In this document: in pieces, positions 1 through 9,470 of the stretch
Numbering within the stretch: position 1 is the stretch's first letter
Layout of the letters: each line of letters opens with the position of its first letter
Origin: a virus
Lineage: Duplodnaviria; Heunggongvirae; Uroviricota; Caudoviricetes
Direction: 5' to 3' (one strand)
Virus record (IMG/VR): IMGVR_UViG_3300026560_000023
Length of the DNA stretch: 64,000 nt
Notes under the pieces: generated by a model
Seen by the model: the letters and a program-made list of their open reading frames with translations, nothing else
What the model was told of the DNA's origin: nothing
Databases searched by the model: none
Made by a program: the position numbers and the translations under genes

Positions 1-677
1 CGAAGACGTGTTCCGGTTCTCACTGGAAGACCCGCTTGCTTGACAAGACGGATGACTTTTTCAATGTCATATTCTACTCTGCGAAGCTCTACGTCCATCG
101 TGTCGGTATCTACGATGGCGTATGCAGCACGGTTGTCTTTATCTCTGGGTTGTCCCACACTGCCCGGATTCAACACGGTGCCGTCTGGTCCCTCGTAGAC
201 GTGCTGTACGTGAGTATGTCCCATGATGAGCATATCAACATCCAGCTCTCTCATGTAAGGGTTCATCTCTGGGAACTGCGCAGGCTTGACATAGGACTTT
301 AGCGTCCCGATGTAATCATCATCCGGGTGTTCATGCTTGAGCAGAATCTTGCCTTCTGCGAATCTGCGGCGCATAGGAAGCGCGTAGACCCAGTTCTTCT
401 GTTCATCAGTCATACGGGCCCGAGCGTATTTCAGGCCCTCATACGCCATGTTATTCGCTTGATAGCGCTCCGGACTATCGAAACTCCGGTCGTGATTTCC
501 TTGGACCGTAGGGACGTCTCTCTCCATCATCTCCGTAACTACTTCTGTCTGCTGCGGTCCGTATCCAACAACGTCTCCAGCGCAAATCAGTTTATCCACT
601 TCTCCTTCGATGTCCTCCAGAACTGCCCGGAGTGCAACATAGTTCCCGTGAACGTCCGAAATAACTCCCAGTTTCAT
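1..677 (-). CDS. Calcineurin-like metallophosphoesterase (partial, C-terminus outside window)
   Basis: Reverse-strand translation from the ATG at 677-675 reads MKLGVISDVHGN...GDVVGYGP...GNHD...GHTH, the classic phosphoesterase motifs; no stop before position 1. Confidence 0.6.
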   Translation of the reverse strand, partial: MKLGVISDVHGNYVALRAVLEDIEGEVDKLICAGDVVGYGPQQTEVVTEMMERDVPTVQGNHDRSFDSPERYQANNMAYEGLKYARARMTDEQKNWVYALPMRRRFAEGKILLKHEHPDDDYIGTLKSYVKPAQFPEMNPYMRELDVDMLIMGHTHVQHVYEGPDGTVLNPGSVGQPRDKDNRAAYAIVDTDTMDVELRRVEYDIEKVIRLVKQAGLPVRTGTRL

Positions 678-737
678 TGTGACTCTAATAGTCTATTCGC
701 TGCTATCGGTAATAAATATACCGAGAAAAGATACGTA

Positions 738-2207
738 CTACTCTGCTATGTTCTTAACTCGGTCGAGTGTATCAGCCTCTACCTTATCATACCGAATTCC
801 CTCGAACGCAGGGAACCGAAGACCGTTATCCGTAAAGCCTTCATGCGATACTTCTACGACAGAGCCGATGAGGTTTTCTTTCTCGTCCCAGATTTCCTCT
901 CTCTGCTGGTGACTGAACCCGGTTCCGCAGTTTCCGATTTCGACCCCGTCTTCTGTTTCGAGAACGATTGCTCCGAGCCTGTCCTTATTTTCACCAGTAC
1001 CGCGCTCGAAGTCGCAAATGCGAACGTCGCACGTTTCCTGAGTGAACTTGAACTTCCTCCATGCCTCGGAACGCTTTCCGAAGTGATACTCTGCATCGTT
1101 GTCTTTGACAATGAGTCCTTCATATCCTTCGTCCATTGCCCACTTCCGGGCTTGGTCGATGTCTGAATAAGGCGTTAGGACTTCAATGCGTTCATCATCG
1201 CGAGGAGCAACGGATGAGAGTTGACCGTATCGAACGACGAACGGCTCAGTTGTTAAGTCTCCTCCATCGTAGAGATAATCGAAGAGGGCGAAATTCATGG
1301 ACTGAGTGTCCATCAGATTGCTGCTCTTGCGTCCGATTCGTTGGCTGGTCGACTTGTAGGTGCCATCCTCTGCGATGACCTCGCAGTCGAAGACATGCTC
1401 TCCCTCCGGCCAGTCGATTTCCTGGAGTTCAGGCAGCGACTCTGTAACGTCCTTGCGATTTCGACTGTAAGCCTTGACAGACCCATCTTCAATAACGTGG
1501 ATGAGGAGCCTATATCCGTCCAGTTTGAACTGAGCAACCCAGTTCTCTCCATCGGGAATATCCTGATTGCTCTTTGCGAGCATCGGGTTGAAGGCCGAGC
1601 CTGGACTCGGAGAGCTAATATCATCTCCATTGCGAACTGCCTTGATGAAATTCAATGCGTCTGGCTCCAATGCTCGGGCACGTCGGCGTCCCGACGCCGA
1701 GTATCCAGCATCCTTAGCCACGGCGTTGGCAATAGACGTCTCCGTCACCCCGATGCTCCAATCGTTCAACACAGCGAATGAAACAAGGTGAGGATGCTTA
1801 TACTGCCTAAGCATTTCTGTCAGGTGGTATTCTGCTCTATTGCCCGATAGGCTGTCGAGGTCCACCACATCCTCATAAAGCGCCCGCGCGCTATCTTTAT
1901 TCCCAGACTCGGGGTTCATTTCAATCAGGGCTTCTGTAACACTCCCTTCTTGAGCAACCATATCTTCTACGTCTTCTGGGAGAAGATTGAATCCCTTTGT
2001 AACTGCTTTGACAGCAGTTTTCTTTCCAATTCCAACGTTGTCAAATCGCTGGCCAGCCAGGAAGATAATCATTTCCTCCCAGTCCTTCGTTCCAATCAAA
2101 TCGAGGATTGCGTTTTCCTTGACTGCTCCGGACCCTTTGCCTTCGGCGTCGTTGATGTCATGGACTACGTCGTAAAACCGGTCCAGTGACGGGTTATCTT
2201 CCGTCAT
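738..2207 (-). CDS. lig: ATP-dependent DNA ligase
   Basis: 489 aa; KxDG adenylation motif (FKLDGYRLLIH), EGLIVK motif and a C-terminal OB-like region. Confidence 0.75.
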   Translation of the reverse strand: MTEDNPSLDRFYDVVHDINDAEGKGSGAVKENAILDLIGTKDWEEMIIFLAGQRFDNVGIGKKTAVKAVTKGFNLLPEDVEDMVAQEGSVTEALIEMNPESGNKDSARALYEDVVDLDSLSGNRAEYHLTEMLRQYKHPHLVSFAVLNDWSIGVTETSIANAVAKDAGYSASGRRRARALEPDALNFIKAVRNGDDISSPSPGSAFNPMLAKSNQDIPDGENWVAQFKLDGYRLLIHVIEDGSVKAYSRNRKDVTESLPELQEIDWPEGEHVFDCEVIAEDGTYKSTSQRIGRKSSNLMDTQSMNFALFDYLYDGGDLTTEPFVVRYGQLSSVAPRDDERIEVLTPYSDIDQARKWAMDEGYEGLIVKDNDAEYHFGKRSEAWRKFKFTQETCDVRICDFERGTGENKDRLGAIVLETEDGVEIGNCGTGFSHQQREEIWDEKENLIGSVVEVSHEGFTDNGLRFPAFEGIRYDKVEADTLDRVKNIAE

Positions 2208-2482
2208 GTATCTATATAATATCTATACCTCTATCAAGGTACCGATTCGGTCGGAGAATGTGGGGAGGGTGGAGCGTGTGACATGTCTCCGGGGGCCCTC
2301 CCCAGTTTCTATATCGAACGGGTATGTAATAAATCTATTGGACCGGACAAGGTTTATACTTTATTTCAGAATTCAGTTCTCTGTCCAAAACCACTTACCT
2401 TTATGATGCTACCCGGTATCTATCAAGACAGAATCCAGTAGAAAACAGCGAGATTCACCAGCCAATCAGACGACAAATTAAA

Positions 2483-2692
2483 ATGATAGAATCAAACAAG
2501 CCTGCGTTCAACGACGAGGAGAATCACGAGGGCGAGAATCACGAGGGCGAGAGCCACGAGGGCGAGAGCCAGCCCGAAAATAAAAATAGAGAAGCAAAGC
2601 CACCCGGCATTGAATATGGAGACTGTGTATTCGTGAAGTCGGGCATGCTAACGTTCAAATTAGAAAATGGAGACGAGGCTTCTTCACGCTGA
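2483..2692 (+). CDS. Hypothetical small acidic protein with NHEGE/SHEGE pentapeptide repeats
   Basis: 69-aa ORF; in-frame 15-nt tandem repeats (gagaatcacgagggc x2, then variants). Confidence 0.4.
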   Translation: MIESNKPAFNDEENHEGENHEGESHEGESQPENKNREAKPPGIEYGDCVFVKSGMLTFKLENGDEASSR

Positions 2693-2846
2693 TAGAAGAT
2701 GAGTGGCCCTCTACTAACGTAGTGGAATCAGTAGAAAAGGATGGGGATTGTCGCTTCGTCTCCTTCGATTCTACCGATGTAGAAATTCAGGTGTTGAGAA
2801 GGCACATGATGGATGCCAGTACAGACCTAACAATTCCCCAGACCCC

Positions 2847-3086
2847 CTAATCGTTTTGATTCTCTACGATGGTATACGTATTAAACTCGTCAGGCAAATA
2901 AATATCAGCCTCCAAACAAGGTCCTTCGACCTTTAATCTGGTTACTTCGGCAGATTCCCTCCAACCTACTGGTAAAGTATCTCCATACTGTCTACTCACA
3001 GCATCAAATACAATAGGCTCTAAACGGTCTCCTATTTCAGAATCTATCTTGCATATAACAGGGTTTACTTCTCCTTCCTCGAACAT
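2847..3086 (-). CDS. Hypothetical protein
   Basis: 79-aa ORF on the leftward block, acidic composition. Confidence 0.35.
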   Translation of the reverse strand: MFEEGEVNPVICKIDSEIGDRLEPIVFDAVSRQYGDTLPVGWRESAEVTRLKVEGPCLEADIYLPDEFNTYTIVENQND

Positions 3087-3118
3087 ACCGCTAAGGAAGA
3101 ACCGAAGGTTATTATTTG

Positions 3119-3478
3119 TTAGTACCGAGCGATGACGGAACTGAACGTATCGTGCTTGCGCTCGTTCTTCTGAATCTTCAGAATTCCAATCGGAGCCATC
3201 GCATGCACTCCAACGATGCTGTGTTCCTCTGGATTCACTTCTGAAAGCTCCACCGGGGTGACGTCTCCGTCATCATTGAGAACGTTGACTCGCTCTACTT
3301 CGATGTTCTTGTTCTCGATGAGACCACGCATGATGGAGCCGATGCCACTGTAAATCGAAACGTCTTTACGCTCCTTGTTGAAATGGAAAGCAGTCTCCTT
3401 CTCATGTGGAACGCAGCCGGGGTCTTCTCGAACCAGGTCCGAATAATCGTCCATCGTGAGTTCTTGTGCTGACATCAC
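3119..3478 (-). CDS. Hypothetical protein
   Basis: 119-aa ORF; AT-rich promoter-like region upstream (3480-3520). Confidence 0.45.
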   Translation of the reverse strand: MMSAQELTMDDYSDLVREDPGCVPHEKETAFHFNKERKDVSIYSGIGSIMRGLIENKNIEVERVNVLNDDGDVTPVELSEVNPEEHSIVGVHAMAPIGILKIQKNERKHDTFSSVIARY

Positions 3479-4068
3479 ATTCTATATTACGCACTCTTAT
3501 ATAATATAGATACCTATTCGTAGGTGAGACGCAGGCACAAATGGCCTGCGTTTCTGCTCGGTGAGAGAATTACCTATGGCCGTATTTCAAGCCACAGGCA
3601 ACTGGACTGAGGAGCAACGGGAGCTGGATTGGCTCCTGATGCTGGATGACCTGTCGGTGTTGTTGGATGGGATGACAGACGCTGGATGGTTGGTGGATGT
3701 CGGACTCATGCTCCCACTTTACTCCTCAATCTATCTATTGGGAACACTTATAATAAAGATACTGGAATACCTTTGTGAAAACGAAAGGAGGGCGGAGGGG
3801 TCAGCGGGGGCGGGAAAGGGGCTCGTCCCGTCGCCGGGCCCCGCAATCGAGGTGCGCGGCCTCTACCCGGCGGCCCCTATATTTGAATCACTCTTATACA
3901 ATATAAACATACCGTCATTACCAAATACAAATTTCTTTATACTTTTCTGGGATGCCTTTACAAGTCCCGCAGTGTAAATTCTTTATTACTTTAACAGGTT
4001 CTCTCTTACCCAGCATGAAGACCTCGTCTTCGTAAATTTCAATGTCATCGCTCCCACAACGAGGGCAT

Positions 4069-4302
4069 CTATTCTTCGACATCTCCCAGCTGGAGTCGCA
4101 AGTCTATTTGCTTCATTCTATCTATCCCGGTTAGAATGCAGAGTATACCCGTCATCATAGCATAGTATAAGACCTGCTCTTGTCCCAGTTGCCACCATCC
4201 TCCAGCAACAAGGACAAACGTAGCTTCAAATTTTATCCCGAGTAGGATAGGAAGCCATCGGACGTACCAATTGTAGAAGTCGTCCGCTTTGCTGATGGGC
4301 AT
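4069..4302 (-). CDS. Small membrane protein
   Basis: 77 aa with two hydrophobic helices. Confidence 0.4.
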   Translation of the reverse strand: MPISKADDFYNWYVRWLPILLGIKFEATFVLVAGGWWQLGQEQVLYYAMMTGILCILTGIDRMKQIDLRLQLGDVEE

Positions 4303-4312
4303 ATCGCATCAC

Positions 4313-4576
4313 CTAATAATTTTCTTCATCAGCAGGTTGTACGAAGGGAATACTATTGAACGTCAGATGAGCAATTAACCCATTAGCGAGACTCGAATTT
4401 ATCTGCATGGTCACCTTTCCAAACTCTGCTGCTTCTATAACCTCTACAAGTTGACCTTCAATACTGACAAAATCTATCGTCTCCCATTTACCATTTTCTG
4501 TCTCGATGAGATAGTTGCCGTCATCTTTAGGAACGACGACTGCCGCCTCCGTTTCTTCTTCGTGGACTTGTGGCAT
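4313..4576 (-). CDS. Hypothetical acidic protein
   Basis: 87-aa ORF; the 1-nt gap to the next ORF suggests an operon. Confidence 0.4.
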   Translation of the reverse strand: MPQVHEEETEAAVVVPKDDGNYLIETENGKWETIDFVSIEGQLVEVIEAAEFGKVTMQINSSLANGLIAHLTFNSIPFVQPADEENY

Positions 4577-4630
4577 CGTAAATCTGTTTATGTCTACGAG
4601 CCTACCGATAATAAAGTTACGTACTTTCTT

Positions 4631-4834
4631 TCAGTCTTCGTCTTCTAAGAGGTCGGAAGCTGAAAGGCTTTCATCCCGGCGAATTGTTCCCCACGCGCTT
4701 CCCCTTTGCTTACCCGCTTCAAATGCTATGAAAAGGCTAAATCCCCAGAGGAATATAACCATCACAGCTACTGTGATTATGGAGCCTACATCCATCATTT
4801 CTTTAGAAGGTTTGTGGTATAAAAAAAGGGTCAC
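4631..4834 (-). CDS. Small membrane protein
   Basis: 67 aa, hydrophobic core. Confidence 0.35.
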   Translation of the reverse strand: MTLFLYHKPSKEMMDVGSIITVAVMVIFLWGFSLFIAFEAGKQRGSAWGTIRRDESLSASDLLEDED

Positions 4835-5102
4835 TTATCCAACTGTGGTTTTCCCATTAAGCGTTTAGCGATGAGGAGCACGGTGGAGGTGAGAGCATGT
4901 GACGACCGATAAAAGGTTGTCTTGTGCTCCTCATGTATACGTAGTTACGTTATAGTATATAAGGTTAATGGTGAGGTCCCCGTAAGGGTTCTCGGGTATG
5001 TGACTTAGTATAAAAAGATACTTCCCTGTAAACATCCCTCGTTTACGGTCGAGAGTATTACTACCAACCTTTATATTTCTCCGTTAACAACGGTATCATA
5101 AG

Positions 5103-5585
5103 ATGGACGACTACATTCGCAAGACAGTTTCCGGCCATCTCGAATACAAATATTTCGAGACTGATGACGAGGGCAATCTCGTGAAAAACGATAATGGACA
5201 ACCGCTTCTAAAAAGCGAGGATGTTCCAGAGGATGAGGATGTCGAACTTCCTGACGAATATGACAGGCCTGTAAATGAAGGCAAGGGAGAATGTGGATGC
5301 GGCGACGAGTGCCCCGATGACTGTGGATGCGGATGCCACGAGACCGCCAAGACAGGCACTGAGGGAGATAAGTTTGAAAGCGATGACCCACTGGAGTGGT
5401 ATGATGGACAAATCCGTGATGTGTTCGAGGACGACGACGAGATTTACGTGAGAGTCCGAGGAGAAGGAGGGGAGGACAATAATATCCCTAAGGACAGAGT
5501 GCTCGAACAATTGTGGGAAAGTAATTCTTGGTCTGAAGACCAGATTCAGCAGTTCGAGGATGAAATCGAAGACATGGCTGATTAA
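5103..5585 (+). CDS. Acidic protein with a metallothionein-like Cys cluster
   Basis: 160 aa; GKGECGCGDECPDDCGCGCHE cluster within an otherwise D/E-rich sequence. Confidence 0.5.
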   Translation: MDDYIRKTVSGHLEYKYFETDDEGNLVKNDNGQPLLKSEDVPEDEDVELPDEYDRPVNEGKGECGCGDECPDDCGCGCHETAKTGTEGDKFESDDPLEWYDGQIRDVFEDDDEIYVRVRGEGGEDNNIPKDRVLEQLWESNSWSEDQIQQFEDEIEDMAD

Positions 5586-5938
5586 TCCCTGGCCGTTATA
5601 GACGGTTCTCCGATAACGTCTACGCCTCGCTTCTCCATCTTTTTCCAGAAGAATTCGATTGCCTGTTTATCATTATACGCATATATCTCCCACTGCTTAT
5701 CTTGAAGGTCGTTGTTTAGAACTACATCTGAATTTATGTAGTACTTGGTTGCTATACTTGCGTCGATGACATAGCTTGAAAGGGACCACTGGAACTGAAC
5801 CCCAGCGTAAAATCCAAGTATGATTCCTTCGGGGAGCCCTACATATATGAAGGGAGCAGACACGCAGCAGACGACCAGGAACGCCCCGTAGGTCAATGCG
5901 AAACTGGGAACTACTATCTTTCCCCCGAGGCGCTGCAT
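5582..5938 (-). CDS. Hypothetical membrane protein
   Basis: 118-aa ORF with N-terminal hydrophobic segments. Confidence 0.4.
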   Translation of the reverse strand: MQRLGGKIVVPSFALTYGAFLVVCCVSAPFIYVGLPEGIILGFYAGVQFQWSLSSYVIDASIATKYYINSDVVLNNDLQDKQWEIYAYNDKQAIEFFWKKMEKRGVDVIGEPSITARD

Positions 5939-5940
5939 TA

Positions 5941-6561
5941 TTAGTCAGATGTGCTCTCGTTGCTGTCTTTCGGCTCGACTGCTTCGGAAGAACTTATCTC
6001 TTCTAATTCCTTGAGAGAGCCTGAAATATGGTAGTACGGCTTACCTTCAATTTCTCTCTCCTCACACCACCAGGAATCTGCAAGGTCTGTGTCTTTGGTG
6101 GTACCATAGAGATAGAACACAGCATTATGGAGACTGTGAATCAAAATGGCAACCCACCAATATCCTCCTGCGAAGAGCTTAATGAAAAGAATTCCCAGGA
6201 AAATAGTATTAACGTCCTGATGCTTGTAGTGCAAAGCACTCCAAATCATAGTCCCCACAAACAAGGTAGGAACTACTGGTGCTCCAAAGTAAATGGCGAT
6301 TCCCATAGGAACGCCTCTGAATACTCCTTCCTCTATCGGGCCAGCCATTATTACATCGAAGAACGAATGCTCTTCTTGAATTTTTGGAAGTTTGGCATAA
6401 CCGTCTCTCGCTAATGCCATTGCGATTGAGAAGACCATAAAGGTCAATCCCATCACAAGGAAAGTAACGTACTGTCCCGCAATCAGGACCAAGTCTAAGT
6501 CATTAATCGGTGCTGCCAGCCAATCCAGTATGAACTGGAAAAAGTTGTAAATTAATCCCAT
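5941..6561 (-). CDS. CPBP-family (CAAX/Abi-like) intramembrane metalloprotease
   Basis: EEGVFRG (EExxxR) and HSLHN motifs in a multi-TM protein. Start taken at the internal Met (6561) just downstream of the upstream gene stop; an alternative start is 6609. Confidence 0.6.
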   Translation of the reverse strand: MGLIYNFFQFILDWLAAPINDLDLVLIAGQYVTFLVMGLTFMVFSIAMALARDGYAKLPKIQEEHSFFDVIMAGPIEEGVFRGVPMGIAIYFGAPVVPTLFVGTMIWSALHYKHQDVNTIFLGILFIKLFAGGYWWVAILIHSLHNAVFYLYGTTKDTDLADSWWCEEREIEGKPYYHISGSLKELEEISSSEAVEPKDSNESTSD

Positions 6562-6563
6562 GC

Positions 6564-7121
6564 TTACATTCGTTTGTACGCTCGGAGCGTATCGTGTATT
6601 CCCCACCATTGAGGAATACTAACCTGTTCTTCTAACCTCCAGTTTTGCTCTAATCGCTTGTGGAAATCTTTATCCCCGGTACAACCTCCCTTCCCTTCTC
6701 CAACATAAATGACAGTCATCCCGTCATAGTTTTGGAGAGCATCGTCTGCTACAGGGGCTCCGTAGGGAGGCCAACAGAGAAACAGACTTCTCTCTGGGTA
6801 AGCATCGACCACGGCATCTGTCCCTTCGAGGACGTCGGTCCATGTATCTTCCCACGGTTCTTTATCATAGACATCAACATCTGCTCCGAGTTGTTCTGCG
6901 AGTGATGCCCAGTAACCAGAACCAGCCGCGATTTCTATAATCGGGCTGTGGTCAACGATTGTTTCAATCGCCTTTTTGTTCGGAACTGCCCACGCATATC
7001 TCTGAACGAGTTTGTCTCTCCGAGCGTATGTACTGATGGAGTCGTCTCGGCTGTAGGAGTCTCCATTAATCGCTCTGAACTTGTCCAGGTAAGGGTTTTT
7101 CAGTTTTGAGGTAACCGCCAT
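6564..7121 (-). CDS. Putative class I SAM-dependent methyltransferase-like protein
   Basis: 185 aa; IIEIAAGSGYWA resembles SAM-binding motif I. Confidence 0.4.
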   Translation of the reverse strand: MAVTSKLKNPYLDKFRAINGDSYSRDDSISTYARRDKLVQRYAWAVPNKKAIETIVDHSPIIEIAAGSGYWASLAEQLGADVDVYDKEPWEDTWTDVLEGTDAVVDAYPERSLFLCWPPYGAPVADDALQNYDGMTVIYVGEGKGGCTGDKDFHKRLEQNWRLEEQVSIPQWWGIHDTLRAYKRM

Positions 7122-7171
7122 CCAATTTCACCGATACTATATACCGAGTGGGGTATATTAAAATTACATAA

Positions 7172-7546
7172 TTAGTCTTCTACTCTGCTTGCAACATCGT
7201 CTTCTATATTTTCGTAGACCTCATCAATAAGAGAAAGCGCTTGTTCCAGTTTCTCTCTGTCTTGCTCTGTAATACTCCATTGGTCTTCTCCTTCTTCTAA
7301 AGCATCCGGAAGGAGTAAGTCTGCGACATGGTTGTGAGAAGAGCCTACGAGTTTAAGTTGAGTAAGGGCTGTTCCGAGATAGTGGAGGTCCCCTTGCCAA
7401 GTTCTTAACTCTGCATCCTCTAACCTTTTAATCTCCTCCCAAGAAATATCAGGACCGAATATCTTGGTTGCCTCAGTTAACCACTCATCAGATTCAATGA
7501 GTGTCTCTGCTAATTCATCGAGGGTTTCTTCGTCTAATTCGTCCAT
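7172..7546 (-). CDS. Hypothetical acidic protein
   Basis: 124-aa ORF. Confidence 0.4.
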   Translation of the reverse strand: MDELDEETLDELAETLIESDEWLTEATKIFGPDISWEEIKRLEDAELRTWQGDLHYLGTALTQLKLVGSSHNHVADLLLPDALEEGEDQWSITEQDREKLEQALSLIDEVYENIEDDVASRVED

Positions 7547-7673
7547 TATATGTGAGGACCAAAGAAGTCCATATCCATTTCTTTACCGCAATCTATACAC
7601 TCTATCTTAGGAAACTCATCTCCTTTCACACAACGCACGTGAATCCCTACAAAGCAAGGGATTCTGTATAGAT

Positions 7674-8150
7674 TTACCATTCCAAAGCGTCTTCTGTTTC
7701 TATAAGTTCCAGTTCCCAGATGTTCAGGTCTCTATTTTTACCATCCTGAACACCAGCATGTTCCCATCCCTGGGAATCATACCAGTCATTAGATGGCAAG
7801 TCGACTGGACACTTCGCAAGCATTTTCGGATGACGGCTATCCTCCGCGGCTTCGTCGATAATGCTTTGAGCAAGACCTTTCCCTCTATGCTCCTCCAGAA
7901 CAGCAATATCTTGTAGCGTCGTCTGCGGTTTATTGACGCAATGTCGGATAATAGCCGCTGCTACAATCTCCCCGTCCTCCGATTCCTTCCAGTATAGCTG
8001 GTCCGCTTCTTCTGCTTGCTCTACTTGAACCTTGGAAATGAAACCGAGTTGCTCCGTAAACTCGTTAAAGACTGCGTATACGTCTTCTGTCAGGTCCGAA
8101 TACTCCCGCTCTTTTTCCTCCTCTTCTGATTCTTCTGGTTCTTCAGTCAT
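7674..8150 (-). CDS. GNAT-family N-acetyltransferase
   Basis: 158 aa; VLEEHRGKGLAQSII matches the acetyl-CoA-binding motif A. Confidence 0.6.
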   Translation of the reverse strand: MTEEPEESEEEEKEREYSDLTEDVYAVFNEFTEQLGFISKVQVEQAEEADQLYWKESEDGEIVAAAIIRHCVNKPQTTLQDIAVLEEHRGKGLAQSIIDEAAEDSRHPKMLAKCPVDLPSNDWYDSQGWEHAGVQDGKNRDLNIWELELIETEDALEW

Positions 8151-8284
8151 CCTTATCCACCTTATTATCTTCTTTAGAGCCCCCGTGTATTAACTCTTCA
8201 CCCTCGTTTCCCTGCTCATCTACCTTTTCGCAGATGTAGCAGTTACACCCGTGCCTGTGCCAGTCGGGACGCTCATATCCCGAT

Positions 8285-8710
8285 TCACTCATCCCACTCC
8301 TCCTTAACCTCGTCGAGCAACTCTAAAACATCCTCGTACGTATTCAAACGGACGGCGGGACGAACTCCATCTACTCCACGGTTAGCAGCGAATTCTTCAG
8401 CGTTCATTTCGAGTTCGATATAATCTCGTAGGGTTTCAAGCTGTCCCTCGTCTAATTCGGGGAATACTCTGGCGGGGTCGACGTTGTTAAAGTGAGCGAA
8501 GGCCAAAACGAGCTGCTGGTTTGTTCCATCCCAGTCTTCCGAGACCTTGGAAATAACATCTACTTCGATGTTGTGGTCTAAAGCCTTTTCCAAAAGGTCA
8601 ATGTCTTTTCCATAACCCGTAGCTCTCCACGAATCAACGGGATTAACACCTAAAATGTTCGCAACAAAGCGAACGGTCTTGTGTTTCCAATTATCTAAAC
8701 GTGTACTCAT
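8285..8710 (-). CDS. Hypothetical protein
   Basis: 141-aa ORF; its start overlaps the stop of the upstream gene by 4 nt. Confidence 0.45.
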   Translation of the reverse strand: MSTRLDNWKHKTVRFVANILGVNPVDSWRATGYGKDIDLLEKALDHNIEVDVISKVSEDWDGTNQQLVLAFAHFNNVDPARVFPELDEGQLETLRDYIELEMNAEEFAANRGVDGVRPAVRLNTYEDVLELLDEVKEEWDE

Positions 8711-8982
8711 ATAGCCCAGTCGTCTTTGTCGTCTCCGCCTGTCATCTGCTGTTTAAGAGAACGGATATGGGACAATGCCTCTTGCCGTTCTTCTTCTAAA
8801 TCTGGAGAAAGTCCTTGGATTTCTTCCAACGATCCCCCCGCGTCACATGTACGTTCCATGGCGTCGAGAGCATACTGCTGACTCCGCTCCTCGAAGTCAC
8901 CGCCCTTCTCGAAATCGTAGAGTTCGCTTTGGTCTGCGTTTTCGAGTGGTTTGTACTTATCAGCAGGTAGCTCCCGCGCCAT
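8707..8982 (-). CDS. Hypothetical acidic protein
   Basis: 91-aa ORF. Confidence 0.4.
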   Translation of the reverse strand: MARELPADKYKPLENADQSELYDFEKGGDFEERSQQYALDAMERTCDAGGSLEEIQGLSPDLEEERQEALSHIRSLKQQMTGGDDKDDWAI

Positions 8983-8983
8983 T

Positions 8984-9424
8984 TTACTCTCGGCTTACCG
9001 TCTGCGAGAGAACGTCGGTTTCGATACTTGCCTCGTCCTCAGGACGGTTGGAGTGAACGACGCTCGTATCAACTGAACCTCGCCGACCGACGATGGTCTG
9101 AACTTCAATCCATTCCGGGTTCAGAAGTTCCTTGAGGTCTTCGTAGAACGTGCCACAAATCTCCTCGTGGCTAATTCGCATGTCCTCGAACTGCTGGAAG
9201 TAGAACTTGAGGCTCTTCAGTTCAACGCAATATTCGCCCGGCTGGTACTTGATGTAGACGTCGTAGTGGTCACGAACGCCCTCGTAGAATGGACAGAGGC
9301 CAAGGACCTCGTTGCTGTAATGCTGGACTACACCAGACATAGCGTCTGGGCGCTCCCATCGTTCAAGGGGCTCCAGTCCATCCATACTCTCACTCTCCGT
9401 AAATTCTCCTGTCGTCATAGACAA
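8984..9424 (-). CDS. queF: QueF-like NADPH-dependent 7-cyano-7-deazaguanine (preQ0) reductase, unimodular type
   Basis: 146 aa; QueF signature E(S/L)K(S/A)hK(L/Y)(Y/F) present as ELKSLKFYF, and the catalytic-Cys context GLCPF. Confidence 0.7.
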   Translation of the reverse strand: MSMTTGEFTESESMDGLEPLERWERPDAMSGVVQHYSNEVLGLCPFYEGVRDHYDVYIKYQPGEYCVELKSLKFYFQQFEDMRISHEEICGTFYEDLKELLNPEWIEVQTIVGRRGSVDTSVVHSNRPEDEASIETDVLSQTVSRE

Positions 9425-9470
9425 TCCGATATTCGATGTTACCCGTAATAAACTTACTTACTCTGCCTCC

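Noticed and set aside
36-1166. Plus-strand ORFs 36-302 and 327-1166 (and the nested 679-912, 854-1123, 1136-1378, 1313-1630, 1341-1781, 1567-1791, 1950-2189, 1987-2175)
   Set aside because: They lie antisense to or out of frame with the phosphoesterase and DNA ligase genes, which carry clear catalytic motifs. The composition is not halophile-like (many Ser, Arg and Cys).
3529-3551. Hairpin GACGCAGGC-acaaatg-GCCTGCGT as a terminator
   Set aside because: It sits in a divergent promoter region with no plus-strand gene ending upstream, and on the minus strand it is not followed by a T-tract. A regulatory or leader structure cannot be excluded, but terminator assignment is unsupported.
3561-3977. 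ORF 3561-3977 (138 aa) as a gene
   Set aside because: It spans the anomalous G-rich island. Its translation is non-acidic, with a Gly/Ala/Pro-rich stretch created by the GC island, and it has no motif upstream or promoter spacing. Treated as non-coding.
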